Shown piece after piece: positions 46,877-59,300 of a DNA stretch of 64,000 nt (the first letter of the stretch is position 1; each line of letters begins with the position of its first letter). Below the pieces are notes generated by a model, which was given only the letters and a program-made list of their open reading frames with translations, ran no database searches and was not told the DNA's origin. The position numbers were made by a program, and so were the translations under genes. The stretch is from Schizochytrium sp. TIO01 (lineage: Eukaryota; Protista; Bigyra: Labyrinthulomycetes): the NCBI GenBank assembly GCA_004764695.1, contig SMSO01000032.1, positions 1,302,001 through 1,366,000 of the forward strand, in the 5' to 3' direction.

Positions 46877-49800
46877 ACCACACCCTGTTCCAAAACTATT
46901 CTATGACATTTTTAGAAGAATACAAACGCACAGTCCCTCATTCTCTTGAAGTTTCTTAAGAAGCAATTTGTCGTTTTATCGTTCGAGGCAAGCCAGTAGT
47001 GCCACCAAATAACTCACAAAGCTGCCTTACCCTTGAATTCCGAGTGAAAGGAGGCCTTTCGAGGTCACGACTTTATGCTGCTACGCAAGTTTCAGTCAGA
47101 AATCAGCACAATCCCATCTGCTGTGATTTTTATTTAATGTAAAAAGCACGTTTCATTGAAAAATAAACAAAGTTATAAAATTAATATATATTTCTCTACC
47201 TACTCGAAAAGTTACTCTACTTTGCTTCAAACCGCAGCTTTTTGATTTTTTTGTATTTTGTATTCTATAAATAAAAAATTAAAAATGGTTTTTAAAAGAG
47301 CAAATTTAACCTTCATTATTGAATTGATAATACTCTTTAGTATTATTCATTTTTCGTATGGCTTTAAAATAGAACACTGACCTGCTGTCTTTTAAAGTTC
47401 GAGCAACTAATAAGATTGGAGTCGTGTTCTCCACCACGCTGTTTGCTTTATAACTGATGGAAGCCTTAAAAACCTCGTTCGCGCCACTTTATGAGTCACG
47501 AATCATGAATCATTCGAACTTGAAAAATTTGTCGTTGGTATCCCGAAAGATCTCGACTTCCCAAACCAGACTGGACATACAGCTGCGCAAATCCCTAATT
47601 CTATGGTGGTAAAGCTGTTTGCATTCACGAAAAAAAAAAGAGGTTGATGGATGGCTCGCTTGCCTACTATGGTATTCTTAACCATACATACACTTTCACT
47701 CAAACAAAAAACAAAACTTCAAAGCACGCAATAGTCTGGTAAGTACCTACTTGCCTCTATATATGTTGTCTTTTCCTTTTGAAAGGTGATGTAGTCAAAG
47801 CTCGTTCGTACATAATTCTTTTGCTCCTGTCAGGAAGAAAGAAGCTCAGAGCATCACGTGCAAACAAAAGCGACTTAAAGCAAGCAAGTGCAGCTTAGGA
47901 ATCGAGGCGCGTTCAAGTCCAAATTCTTCAAATCCGCCAAGTTGCACGCACACACACCTATACTCGAACTTGAACTTGGGAAGACGCCATCAGCGGTAAT
48001 CTGCTCGATTCAAGATCTCTTTCCCGTCACTCATTCATAACTAGAATGTAATTATGCGAAATGAAATGCGGCTTTTTAGGGTACCTGCCTTGCTAGCGGT
48101 GCCTAGTGTAGCAAAGCCCTTACCCTGAATACTTCTACACTCACAGTTAGTCTCCTGCTAGCATCCTTATTATTCCTCCGAACTGCGATGGTATTCCGCT
48201 TATTCCGAAGTAAGAGCGAGCCAATATAATTATTAGTACATTCATTCATTCAGGCTGATGCGGCTCAGTATCCAATTCTGTGGCTGTGAGTGTGCGTCCC
48301 TTGGCACAACCTCAAGGTCTGCAGGTCTACAGAGTCCTAGGTGCGCGTGAGATGCGGTGAACTCCGTTTCCACAAGTCGGCGAGGTCAGCGGAGCTATAC
48401 TGATTGGTCACCGCAAGAAAGCAAAGATGCAGCAACCGACCGCTTTGGAAATAACGTGACGATTTTTTGTGTTTGCACGTGAAGACGTGCTTTCTGAGGT
48501 GAGTCGCCGCGCGTGCGAGTGAGTCATAATAGCCCCTATTCGCAGTAAGTAAACCAGCGCTAGCTGGAGCCGCTAGGTGGTCTTCTGCACGTATTTCTTG
48601 GGCTAGCTTGGCTCTTCCGTGATGCCTCCTTCAAACCCTCCCTACGCTGCAGGTGCTATAGTTCTTTTGCTGCGTGGACTCTTCCGTTTTAGGTGCGAGG
48701 CTGCATGGATGCCAATGTAGAACAGCGGGGAATCTGAGAGGGAGAGAGAAATGAGCGATACTAAAACAAAATACTAGGTACCTCCCTACCTGCCTGCCAA
48801 CTAACATTATGGGCATATTTTCAAGAAGAAGACATAGCCATCCATTGGAACATGGTGTTGCTCGCTGCTGACACCTGAAAGCGCGATGTCAGTCAGTCAG
48901 TCACGTGTGTTAGAGCAGCGCTGGAGAATCTATCGCAAGTCCGCAAGGAGCTTCGACGGCAGTACCTCTCGTCATACTTGTTCAGGGATCGCATACTCGA
49001 TATTCTTTCATGCGTCGCAAATGTATGAATGAATGGTAAGAAGAACTAGCACTGACCTTTCTCTTGCTTACTCTTCTTGTCTTTAGCCAGATTTACAGCA
49101 GGCAGGAGGGTAGCTGAGTACCAACGTAGACCTCTTGTCTTCGGCCCCAGGCAAGAGGGTTCAGAGGATCGGGAGGATCAAGATCATCAAGAAGACCGAG
49201 AGGAGCAGGAGGAGCAGCAGAAGGATAATAGGCCGCAAAAAACTGCGACCCTGCACAACAATAGTAACTTTTGGCGCATACCTTGAGATGAAGAAAAAGA
49301 AAAACTATTCCATAGTATTAGCTAAGAGTTGCCTAAAAGATGGCGGCCCACTTTGCACAGCAACGACATACCAACAAAGATCGCCTCTCATTATGATCGG
49401 GAATGGAGGAAAAGAACTTGCAATACACTTTCTCTGCTGCAGGAGCCTATGGATACAATAGGCCTAGTTAGTGAATACTATTTTAATTGAATTTTTCGTG
49501 ATCAGTGCACAACCAGATGAATATTATTTTCTTCTCTCACCTCATTCGGGCTTTATTACGAGTTTCTTTTAAAAACATTATTTACTGTTTCGCATTTGAG
49601 AATTATGTTTTAAAAAAGAACAGAAAAAAAATGATTATATGATATTAACTTACTAAAACTTATTTAAAAAGACGTCTTTGACACAGCAGAAGAAGCCTTA
49701 TATAACAGTCTAAAAGGGTGAGTAAAATTAAGAAAGAAAGTAGGAAAAAAATTAAAGGTGGAAACTGCAGCAGACTTGCTTCTTCCAGTTTGTGCCATGA

Positions 49801-52800
49801 AAAATATGTTTAATCATTTTTTGAATTCTGAATATAGAGTCTTTTGAGAATAAACATTGGAACGTTAGCTATGATTAAGTGATTAGTAGGAGATGTTCTG
49901 AGTTGAAGCGATAAATAGACGATTTTGTTTCCTTTTAGTCACAGTGTCTCCTGAAGAAGCGCATACTGAATAAGCGAGGCGGGCACGTGCGGAGTGAGCG
50001 TGAAAGACACGCGAAAGGTCTCGGATTGCTGGAGCTCACTTCGGCACCTGCTAACACCACCACCGTGCAGAGCATACATGCCACCATTGTAGCGCCTTGC
50101 AACCAACCCGATTGCCGCGGTAAAAAACCAGAGCAGATGTCTCTAATTCATGTTGCGGTCTAAGAGAAGCATCAGCAAAATGATAAAGCTCGCGTATTGT
50201 TGGCTGTAGTCGTTCGGTGTTTTCTTAATTTCATTTATTTTCAATGACTAATTATTTTCTTTTTCCTATATTTACTGTTTGAATAGTCTTTTTTATTAGT
50301 CTTTAATTAAAAGAAAAGAAAAGTAGGGCATTTCATGACCCACCATGGATGGAGAGTCGTTGAGGAGCCATATGGATGCCAGGGCGTGCGCCAAAGTTGT
50401 GTAGCGTGGATAAATGGCTCGCTATAGGTGAATAAAGATGGCGTGTACCTTAGCTTGATGTTTTACAAGACGTGCAATGCTCCATCAACCAAATCAATAG
50501 ATGAGGGTCACGCCTTGTTTATCTATTCCTTTCATTCTTACTTGTTCTTTCAGGTAGGAGGAATTCATTAGGACCATCATAAGCAACTCTTAAAACTCGG
50601 ATCATCGGAGTAAGCGGAAACAGCGAGCTGTGCAATTAACTGTGAAAGACGCTTATAGCTGGTTAGCGCCAAGAATACGTTGACACGTTCCATCGATTTC
50701 TCAAGCTGCAAGACATATCTCTCGAATGCAAGTGCAACCGGCCAGGTCTCCGCTCATGTAGTTGCTCAATGCTTGGAAAGATTTTAAGTCCCAATCATCA
50801 TTATCACGATAAAACCATATATCTCGACTTGCAGGCGGACAGTCTCGCTCAACTGTCTAAGAGTATATTGTTTCCGGTCCAGTCTTACCACCAACGGGCT
50901 CGGGCTCGGGCCCAACTGAAAGATCTCTCAGCTTTGGTGGAGCGGCGCGAAGCGTCCTTGACTGTTCACTCTGCTCTCTCAAGCGCTTCTTTGTGCTGAA
51001 GTGTATACCTTCAGGCTGCCAGAAGCTCGAACCGTTGATTGGCAAGGACATTTGGCCTGAACAAACTATTGACATTGGCCAACATGCTTTGAGCAGCACG
51101 CCTTTTATTCATTCTATGTAAGACTCGGGAAACTAGAAATTCGCAATTCGTACCCACGGAACTTACACAAGTTGGTGGCCGCAAGCACCAACATGCTATC
51201 GAAGATCGCGTCGCACGCCAGTCAATTTCTTAATTATAGAGCTGCCTCCTCGCTGCTAATCACCGACCTGATCCCATGATTGATTGCTAGAGCAAATTGA
51301 CCATCATGGTGAGAGACTCTAGATCAAGTCGCACCGCGTTATATGTTAGGTTCTGCACACTAGGTACTACCACAGAGAAGGGACTGTGGCAGATCGTCCA
51401 GATGGCCGTTTAGTGAGAACTCTATATTGCAAAAATAATTCTGAGTTGGATTTCAATTTAGATTGGGCCCGAGAGATCTCTTCGTCACTGAAAGTGATCC
51501 CAAGAAAGTATGTATTTTCATCCTCACCAAACGCACATTCAACAAGCTCTTTGTAGATTGAGCCATCTTGAGTGGGACCAGCAGCACATAGATCAAGGAT
51601 GGACATTAACCCTTACAACCTATGCTGAATTTATCCCAAATTCGTTCTACGCGCTTACATCTTTCGGTTTTCATGTTAGAAGAGCACAGACAAGTTGCTC
51701 TCTGCTGGACTGCACTAGAAGGTAACTGTCTACTCAAGGATGTTTAATTGCCCTGGTACTGGTGTTAGTTGTGTCTTTTTCTTTTCCTTTGTTTTATATA
51801 AATTATATAATTACAGTTACACGTCGGAAAGTCAAGCAAATACTACCCACATAGACTTTGATAGGCATGAAACTCTATCCTATTATCTTGCATATTTCGG
51901 TTCTAGCTCAAGCAAGCGAACTTGCTCTTTCGTATCTCCGATTGTTAAAGTGTATCAAGAAAAGCAGCTGTTTTTAAATAGCTTCTTTAAGCCGAGAAAC
52001 TAGCCGTTATGCTGTATGCTCCTCTCATTTCCAGCACTTGCCTCAGCCTAGCTTTCTCATCCTTTGAGTGGTGTTGTAGTCTACTTTGATACCTCAAACT
52101 CTCACAAGCTTTTGATGTTCATGAACTTCCCCTACCTCAGACTTACCACTATAATTCGCGTAACCAAACATCTCGCGCCGGCATATAGCCGTCACAACCT
52201 AAAAGGTTGAAAATATTTTAAACTCCGTTTATTGAGTGAAAAAAGCAAAGCATGAGCAAGGAAGAAGTGGTTATCCGAGTGAGAAACGAGTTATTTATGT
52301 TCATTTTGAACTACTCTTTTCCGATGAGATGAAAAGTTTTCAGCAGGCATTATTTGTTGTTCAAGATTTCTTTGGTTTATAGCAGCACCTGTTGTTCATA
52401 GATCGACAATAAGCCCTTTTCAGGATATCTTTTTGGAGTCGAATGCTTTCATTTCAATTAAAACCTATCATAATGCCTAGGCTAAAAAGAGGTTTGAATA
52501 AGTACTACAACAGTTGCAGTACGAATATTGCAAAGTTGACTCTAATCTTCACAAAGAACTGTTAACTTTGCCTCGGTGATTCCTACAATTCATGTATTTG
52601 TTTAATAATCATTCAGTGATCGTACAAATTCAACAGCAATTTGTTCATACACACGAAAATAAAAGACATAGCAATTTGTCTTGAGTTAATGTTTTGATTA
52701 TAATTATCCATTGAAGTTCCCTCTAGGCGAAAAGTATATATAGCCCAGAAAACGCACTTCAATACGATGTGGTACTTAGATCAAAAACTTGATGCAAGAG

Positions 52801-53799
52801 ATGGTATGGTATGACTATGAACGATGCGGGAGCTATTGGAAACTGTACACGTTGGTGGAGGAAAATAGTATATGAAATAAAGGTCATCAACATATAGTCG
52901 CTGAAATTGTAGATAATCGGATGTGAAGGAGATAGCTATATACCTTGTATTGACTCGGGCACTAAATTTTCACTATTAGAGATCGACTTTTTATATATAG
53001 TTACCATCCCTGTACTCAAGCTTGGTACCTTTTTGAGAAATAGCCCTGTTTTTTTTGGTTTGTTTTTTTCAGAAACTGCAGTACTTTAGTAAAAAGAGGG
53101 CAGAGCTTTTACAATTATCTTCTGAGATTTGCTTATCACAGTTTGAGGAAAGAAGCTGTGTTGCAGATGAAACAAAGCCAACTTGGCAAATCAATCGTAC
53201 AGAGCTTCAGTTATCTTCAAATAATTATAGTACACCTGTTAGAGTTTACTAGCATCTATACCACTTTTCAGAAAGCATAGAAAAAAGAAAAGAAGAAAGA
53301 ATTTGAGAAAGGGTTAATTTTTTTTTTTCAGTTTTAGAAACATCGAGTTTTGTCTAAAGTCAAGGGCAACCAAGATTTTTTAGAGTCTCTGCTCACAAGG
53401 CTCGATTACTTGGCAGGCTCAATCAGAGGCTTGGTCGCATCAGAAAGCTCAAATTGGAGTCAACAAAAGAGTGTCCAGTCAGCATTGAGCTTTCACCGGC
53501 ATCGCATTTCAGAAAGAAACAGTCATGTTGGGTGCGATCCGGCTTGAAGAAAAAACAACAGTTGACATGTATAACAGCATCGGTCGATCAGAATAGCAGG
53601 AGTAAAGAATATCATCAATCAGTCAGACCGTACGTGTATGTTATGTAACACCGATGGGCCAGTTGTGTGGCCAAAGTCAATGGTGTCATCATCATTTTCA
53701 TCATATAAATTCCTTGCATCTAGCTACATGGTTAGTTAGCAGTAGCCTTCCGCCAGGTCAGAGAGTCAAAAGTAGCAGCACAGATAGTGTGGATGGAAC

Positions 53800-56364
53800 T
53801 TAAAAGTAAGCGACGTAGCAGTATTTGGTCGCGTCTGTATCCGGCTCCACATCGTTGAATTCCGAAGAGTCGCAAGTAATTGTTGTTTTGGAGTCATACG
53901 TCTTAAAAACGTATTCGTCATCAGCGCCATAGCGCACAATACCAGCTGCCTTCACAGTCCCCGACCCACCATCACTAGTAAGCTTAGAGAAGGACAAAGT
54001 AGTCTCAGCAAACCAGCAGAACTTCTTCTTGTTGGGGCGCGGGTCAAATCCAAATGTACCAGAGTTACACTTGAAGGTCGTGGCATCATCAAAATAATAA
54101 AATGCGTATGCATCATCGTAACCATAGCGTGCTACACCAGCCGTGGTGATCTTGCATTTCTTGTTGTTCTTGCACAGCTTCTTTGAAGGAAAAGTTAATG
54201 ACTTTGTTGAAGTGGGGTTGGGGGTCGGCGATGCAGTTGGGAAAGAAGTGGGGTATGCAGTAGGCGAAGCGGTTGGGTATGGAGTTGGGAATGCGGTGGG
54301 AAAGCCTGAAGGCTTGTTCGTAGGGCTGGGCGTAGTTGGGAATGGAGTCGGAAAACCCGTGGGACTGGGTGTAGATGCAGTGGGTGAGCTAGTAGGCTTG
54401 ACCGTAGGGTCACCGGAGTAAACGCACGAACCAGAACTGCATTCACCATGAGTACCCGAGGATGTCAAACAGTAAGTGCCATCAGCTTGGTTGCCAATGT
54501 AAGTGCTGCCTGATCGCCAGTAAGCACTGCAAGTATCTCCATCAGTACACTTGAGTCTGCAACCTTGGTTTGAATAACCGCAGGTGTCCAGTCCAGATGA
54601 GTTGCAAGGGTTGACACAAAGACCGCCAGAACCACAGTATCCTCCAGTGCAGGTTGTAGTAGCATCAAGAAGTTCACCATCAACGCAGCATTCCTCGTCA
54701 GAGAGAATACCGTATGAAGCTGTCGCACCTTCTGGAACCATGTAGTAAGTGCTAGTGCTGCACGAAACGTCCTTTGTGAGAACACAAGCTTTGCATCCTG
54801 AACAAGATTTGGAGCCATCAACACATTCGCATTCTTCGTCGTCATCGATCACCAAGTTACCACAGCCCGTACCGTCATCATAAATGGAAATGTACTCACA
54901 CGAATCATCGACAGCATCCTGGATTTCTGCACACATTTCATCACGGCGAGCAAGGCGGAAGCGGTACAGACTAGTGCCAAGAATCTTGCCGTTGCCGTAG
55001 TCCATGATACCTCCAGTCGTGCCAACGCCGTTCTCAAAAGAATGTTGAGCACCAAAGTTGTGACCAAGCTCATGAGCAAAAACACGAAAAAGGTTCGAGG
55101 TGTACAGAGAAAGGCCCGTGTTGTAGTTGTTGTTACATAGGACACCAACCCATGCAACGCCGATAGTACTGTCAGAAGAAGAGCATCCTGAAAAGTAGTG
55201 TGTGGAGGCAGCTTGATCATCATCATCAAGGTCCTGGACCCAAGAAGTGACAGTGTTGAGCTGGGTGTCCACATCACCAGGGCAGCCATCATCGTCAGTA
55301 TAGGAGATGAAGGCCGGCCAAGAGCTGGGAATGGTGCCATCTGTACCCATCCAGACATTGCTAATCACCAGCATCATGTTCATTTGAATCTCGTAGATTG
55401 ATGAAGACTCGGAGAAGGCTTCCTCAAACGCAGCGAGTGCGCTAGCATTTGTTCCGCCGACAGTATCGTAAAAGGCAACATCAGAAACAATGTTTACCAG
55501 CATTTCGTGAACGCGATCATCATCGTCGTAACAATCAGGGGTGAATGCATAAGCATCAGTAAGGCGGCGTCCCGAGGTGGGAATTTCATCCAAGTCAGCA
55601 GAGGCAACCTTCGGGTACTTGGGAGCGCGGGCAAGATTACGAAGAGTGTACCCAGAAGTACCCATGTCGGATAAAGTTCTGTTGTTGATACCAGGCACAA
55701 TGGCAAGATCAACAAGGTCGGCACTTTTAGCAATCACATCATCAGGCACTGACATGGCAGTGCAACCAGTGATATCCTCATTATCACTGCTGAGGTGACG
55801 GGCTTCAGTCTCCTCAGAAGCATATTTGTTCAGGTCACCGTGAAGGGCAGTGTCATGTACGCTGAGAATTTCGATCCAGTACTCGGAGTCCGGGACCACA
55901 GATAGTTGGCGGACATCATGATCTTTGAGGAAGCGGCTGCGGTGGCCAACGTGAACTGACCGTGTGCCGTTGCGAACAATAATGCTTTGAATGTTCTCTT
56001 CAGGGACATAAGAGCAAGTAAACCAGCCAAACTCGTGCGTGGCCTTGAAGGTGTACTTGGCGTGGCGGTTTTCTAGAGGGATGTCAACTTCTCCGTTGCC
56101 CACAGCCATGCGAATCTTACTGTTCTTGCCATAAAGATTTCTGGCGCGGGTGAGGTCGTGGGAAACAAACACATGTTCTCCCGCGCGAACATCAACATGC
56201 ACGGCGTTCTTGGTGAGCTGGCGCACGGTGAAATGTTCTACCGGGTGGAAGACGCGGTTAACCTGGCGCTGTGTGGTTTGGAATCCCCCAGAGTGGGCCT
56301 GCGCCCCCTCAAGCGTCACAAGGAGGGTCGCTAATGCCAGAACAACTGCTTTAATCATGCTCAT
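53800..56364 (-). CDS. Secreted M12B/reprolysin (ADAM-like) zinc metalloprotease, paralog B
   Basis: Colinear with 34588-37191: HELGHNFGAQH, GGIMDY, CGNLVIDDDEECEC, PT repeats and two RYG...FGFDP.PNKKKFC-type repeats. Both proteins end in CYVAYF. Confidence 0.88.
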   Translation of the reverse strand: MSMIKAVVLALATLLVTLEGAQAHSGGFQTTQRQVNRVFHPVEHFTVRQLTKNAVHVDVRAGEHVFVSHDLTRARNLYGKNSKIRMAVGNGEVDIPLENRHAKYTFKATHEFGWFTCSYVPEENIQSIIVRNGTRSVHVGHRSRFLKDHDVRQLSVVPDSEYWIEILSVHDTALHGDLNKYASEETEARHLSSDNEDITGCTAMSVPDDVIAKSADLVDLAIVPGINNRTLSDMGTSGYTLRNLARAPKYPKVASADLDEIPTSGRRLTDAYAFTPDCYDDDDRVHEMLVNIVSDVAFYDTVGGTNASALAAFEEAFSESSSIYEIQMNMMLVISNVWMGTDGTIPSSWPAFISYTDDDGCPGDVDTQLNTVTSWVQDLDDDDQAASTHYFSGCSSSDSTIGVAWVGVLCNNNYNTGLSLYTSNLFRVFAHELGHNFGAQHSFENGVGTTGGIMDYGNGKILGTSLYRFRLARRDEMCAEIQDAVDDSCEYISIYDDGTGCGNLVIDDDEECECVDGSKSCSGCKACVLTKDVSCSTSTYYMVPEGATASYGILSDEECCVDGELLDATTTCTGGYCGSGGLCVNPCNSSGLDTCGYSNQGCRLKCTDGDTCSAYWRSGSTYIGNQADGTYCLTSSGTHGECSSGSCVYSGDPTVKPTSSPTASTPSPTGFPTPFPTTPSPTNKPSGFPTAFPTPYPTASPTAYPTSFPTASPTPNPTSTKSLTFPSKKLCKNNKKCKITTAGVARYGYDDAYAFYYFDDATTFKCNSGTFGFDPRPNKKKFCWFAETTLSFSKLTSDGGSGTVKAAGIVRYGADDEYVFKTYDSKTTITCDSSEFNDVEPDTDATKYCYVAYF
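54205..54415 (-). repeat. Coding PT repeat stalk in protease B
   Basis: PTVKPTSSPTASTPSPTGFPTPFPT...PTASPTPNPT. Confidence 0.85.
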
Positions 56365-59300
56365 GATTTCTGTGATTTCTGTGATTGATGCTAAGTGCTA
56401 TCGTGCTTGCTATCTCTGCGCAATTTTGCAGCAGAGCTATAGCCACAAAGCTTGCTAGTTAGCAATACTTGGTTACCCCGACCCAGTCAATCGAGAGATG
56501 CCACGACGGTGTCCTGCCTGGGCTTCTTCTTTTTGTTATCTTTGGTTTGGGTTGGGCGGCGCAAGCCGTGTTTGGGGTTTGCTGATCTGCCGAGGCTGCC
56601 GGCGAAGGCTGTCTCGACTGCTTCCTATGTATCACCGATTTTGTTGTGAGATTGGTCGATCGCTCTTATATTTTGCCCATTCTTTCTCATCAATACCGGC
56701 GGCAAGTGCTGCTTCCCCCTCTTATCTTCTCTCCCTATAACTTAGAATGTTTTAGTCTTTTCTTTAAGTTGTTGTTTTTTAATTAAAAGATAAATAAAAT
56801 TAGTAAATCAACTGAGTAAAAGAAGTAAAAATCACAATTTAACAGATAAAACTGTTCAGTGTCACTTTCTTATTTAAAAGAAACAGCAATAGTGCTTAAG
56901 ATTTCCTGTTCTCTTCCTAAAGCTCTCTGCACAAGAGCGGGGTGGAGGTGCAGGAAAGAGAAGACCAGCTGATGTAGCTTAACAGGTAATTTTATCTAAT
57001 GTTGTAAGGATACCTCAAAATTCTCAAAGCAAGAAAGTTTTTTCTTTTTCTTTTTTCTTTAAGAATAAAATGTAGTATGATATTTGGAAAGCAAATATTA
57101 AAGTGCAAGCTGGCATATTTTAATTAAGGCTCATCTTATTTTAGAAAGAAAAAAAAATGTTTTTTATATTATCGCTCACATTTATGTTGCAAAACGTCGT
57201 TCTCTTCTCTTTCTAAAAGAAAAAAACAAATACACTTATCTCAAGCCTGACAGAGTTCATATTAAGTCTAACATATTTCACCTATGCAAAATTGCTTTCT
57301 AGACAATTCGATACCCTGAGGCTGGTTTATTCGAGGAGGTTTTAAAATAAAAAGAATAACGGAAGTTCAAAATATCGATGAGAGATGTCTCTCAGTTCAG
57401 AGAGGCTAGGGTGTATAATTAGTTTTTTTCATCTTGAAGACCCATCATTCAACTCTACGAATGATCATAGCCTTTATAAAATCCTGATTCAACGTGCCTT
57501 CACACACAATGCGATGATCTTCTCTCTCTGATGTTCAACACTTGAACCCTCTCTGTGATGCTCAAATGGTATGAAGTCCGGCCCTCGTGTACGAAACATT
57601 ACAATTTAAGCTCTTTTTCTTTTTTAAATTAAAAATATAACATTTTCAAAAAGTAAACAGATTACCGTCGTGCTCAATCAATAATATGGACATGTCCTAA
57701 ACATCTGCCTCCTTTCGAACAGCAACAGCAAACCGATAGAATACACCTTATGATAACTAGCAATATTTAATTATAACAAAAAAATAAAAATAAAAATAAA
57801 AGTTGGGGGGAAAACCAGGGGCTCTTGGCATTGCTGATGCTCAATCCGGCCGCCAGGTTCGTTGAAACAAGTCGTCGGAAAGGCTCCGTTGCAAGACCTC
57901 TTGGCGGTCAGTCAGGCTAATGTGAAGGTATGCGCTGCACCGCTTTGGAGTTGTGCAAATCAAAACCCTCTGTCGGCTAATGCAAAGCCTTTAAGAGCTC
58001 TTTCCTAAATCTTGGCTCGGCCTCTCCGACGATGCGATTGATTGAATGGTTTTAGTCAATACCTTCCTACCTAAACTTATTTACTGCTATGCTTCGTACA
58101 AGCAAGTGTTCTTTTCTTTCTCTAATAAACAAAAACTAAAAATAATACATACATATATTACAGATGGGCCTAATATATAGATTACATCTTTTTTGAGATA
58201 CTATACGAAGGGGACCCTTGGACCCTTTTTGAGATCACCCAGCTCTACATTCTCATTGATTGTTCTTGCCGCTTTCTCTTTTCTCATATCGGCCTGTCAT
58301 ACTTTTTCATATTCAATTTAAAAAATGACATCTTGAAGAGATTCAGGTCTTCTGTGGTTCAGGCGCGAACTTTGCACACGAATGCCTACTCTATCGTTCA
58401 TTGACAGTTCGTTGCAAGGCGCCAAGGTGGGCAAATTAATGAACCAAAGTATGAAACATATTTGCCTGCCGCGTCGCGGCCGAACCAAACACTTGAGATG
58501 TAGCGTATCGATCAAATCATATGAATAATAGTTTGCCGCACTTTTAAAAGAAACAGTATAAAAAACCTTCCATCCTTCCGAATAAAGAGCTCCGACCTGG
58601 CGCTAGAACACAGAGGCATTGAGCATGGCGGAAGACGTATCATCTGCCTGCAGTTCGGCTCTTGGTTGAGCTCGCAAGCCGTCTATGCATCTTTGCTACG
58701 GCCAAAGTCAGGATAGAGAAAGAAAACAAAAAACGTGAGTGCAAGTGCTCCTTCGCCAGCGCATTTCTGCGGCTATAAAGGTGTCCCTTTATAAAAAGAA
58801 AAGAAAAAAAGTGTTTTCTATTTTTCTGCTTTTTAATTCTTAGAAGAGCTTATGCTATAATCATTGCACAGCTGTTCTTTTGGACGGCATATTATATACA
58901 ATACATACTTAAAGCTTAGGAAAGAAATACATTACTTAGTTACATGAGGAAGTCTCACGCTGCTACTTGTTTTCACAAAGCAGCGCGTTCACGAGGTGAG
59001 AACAAGTGCAAGATAACGTGCGTGTCCAAGATCGCTACACTGCTAGGAGCAAGCACTATCTGTTTGTTAGAGTGTTAGAGCCTAATCGTAACTTGAGTAA
59101 GGAGGCAGTTTACTTATTGCCTTCGACGTTCTCTCCTCTCTCGTTCCAAACATGATCCCAGAAACTCACGCCTATAAGGCGTCAATCCTTTTCGAATTAT
59201 GAATCACCACAACACCTTTTTACAGGTCAAACTAAGCACTGTTCTAAGTTAGTGTTTGTCGAAGATGCGATGCTCTAGTTGTGATTGACACTCTGCGCTC

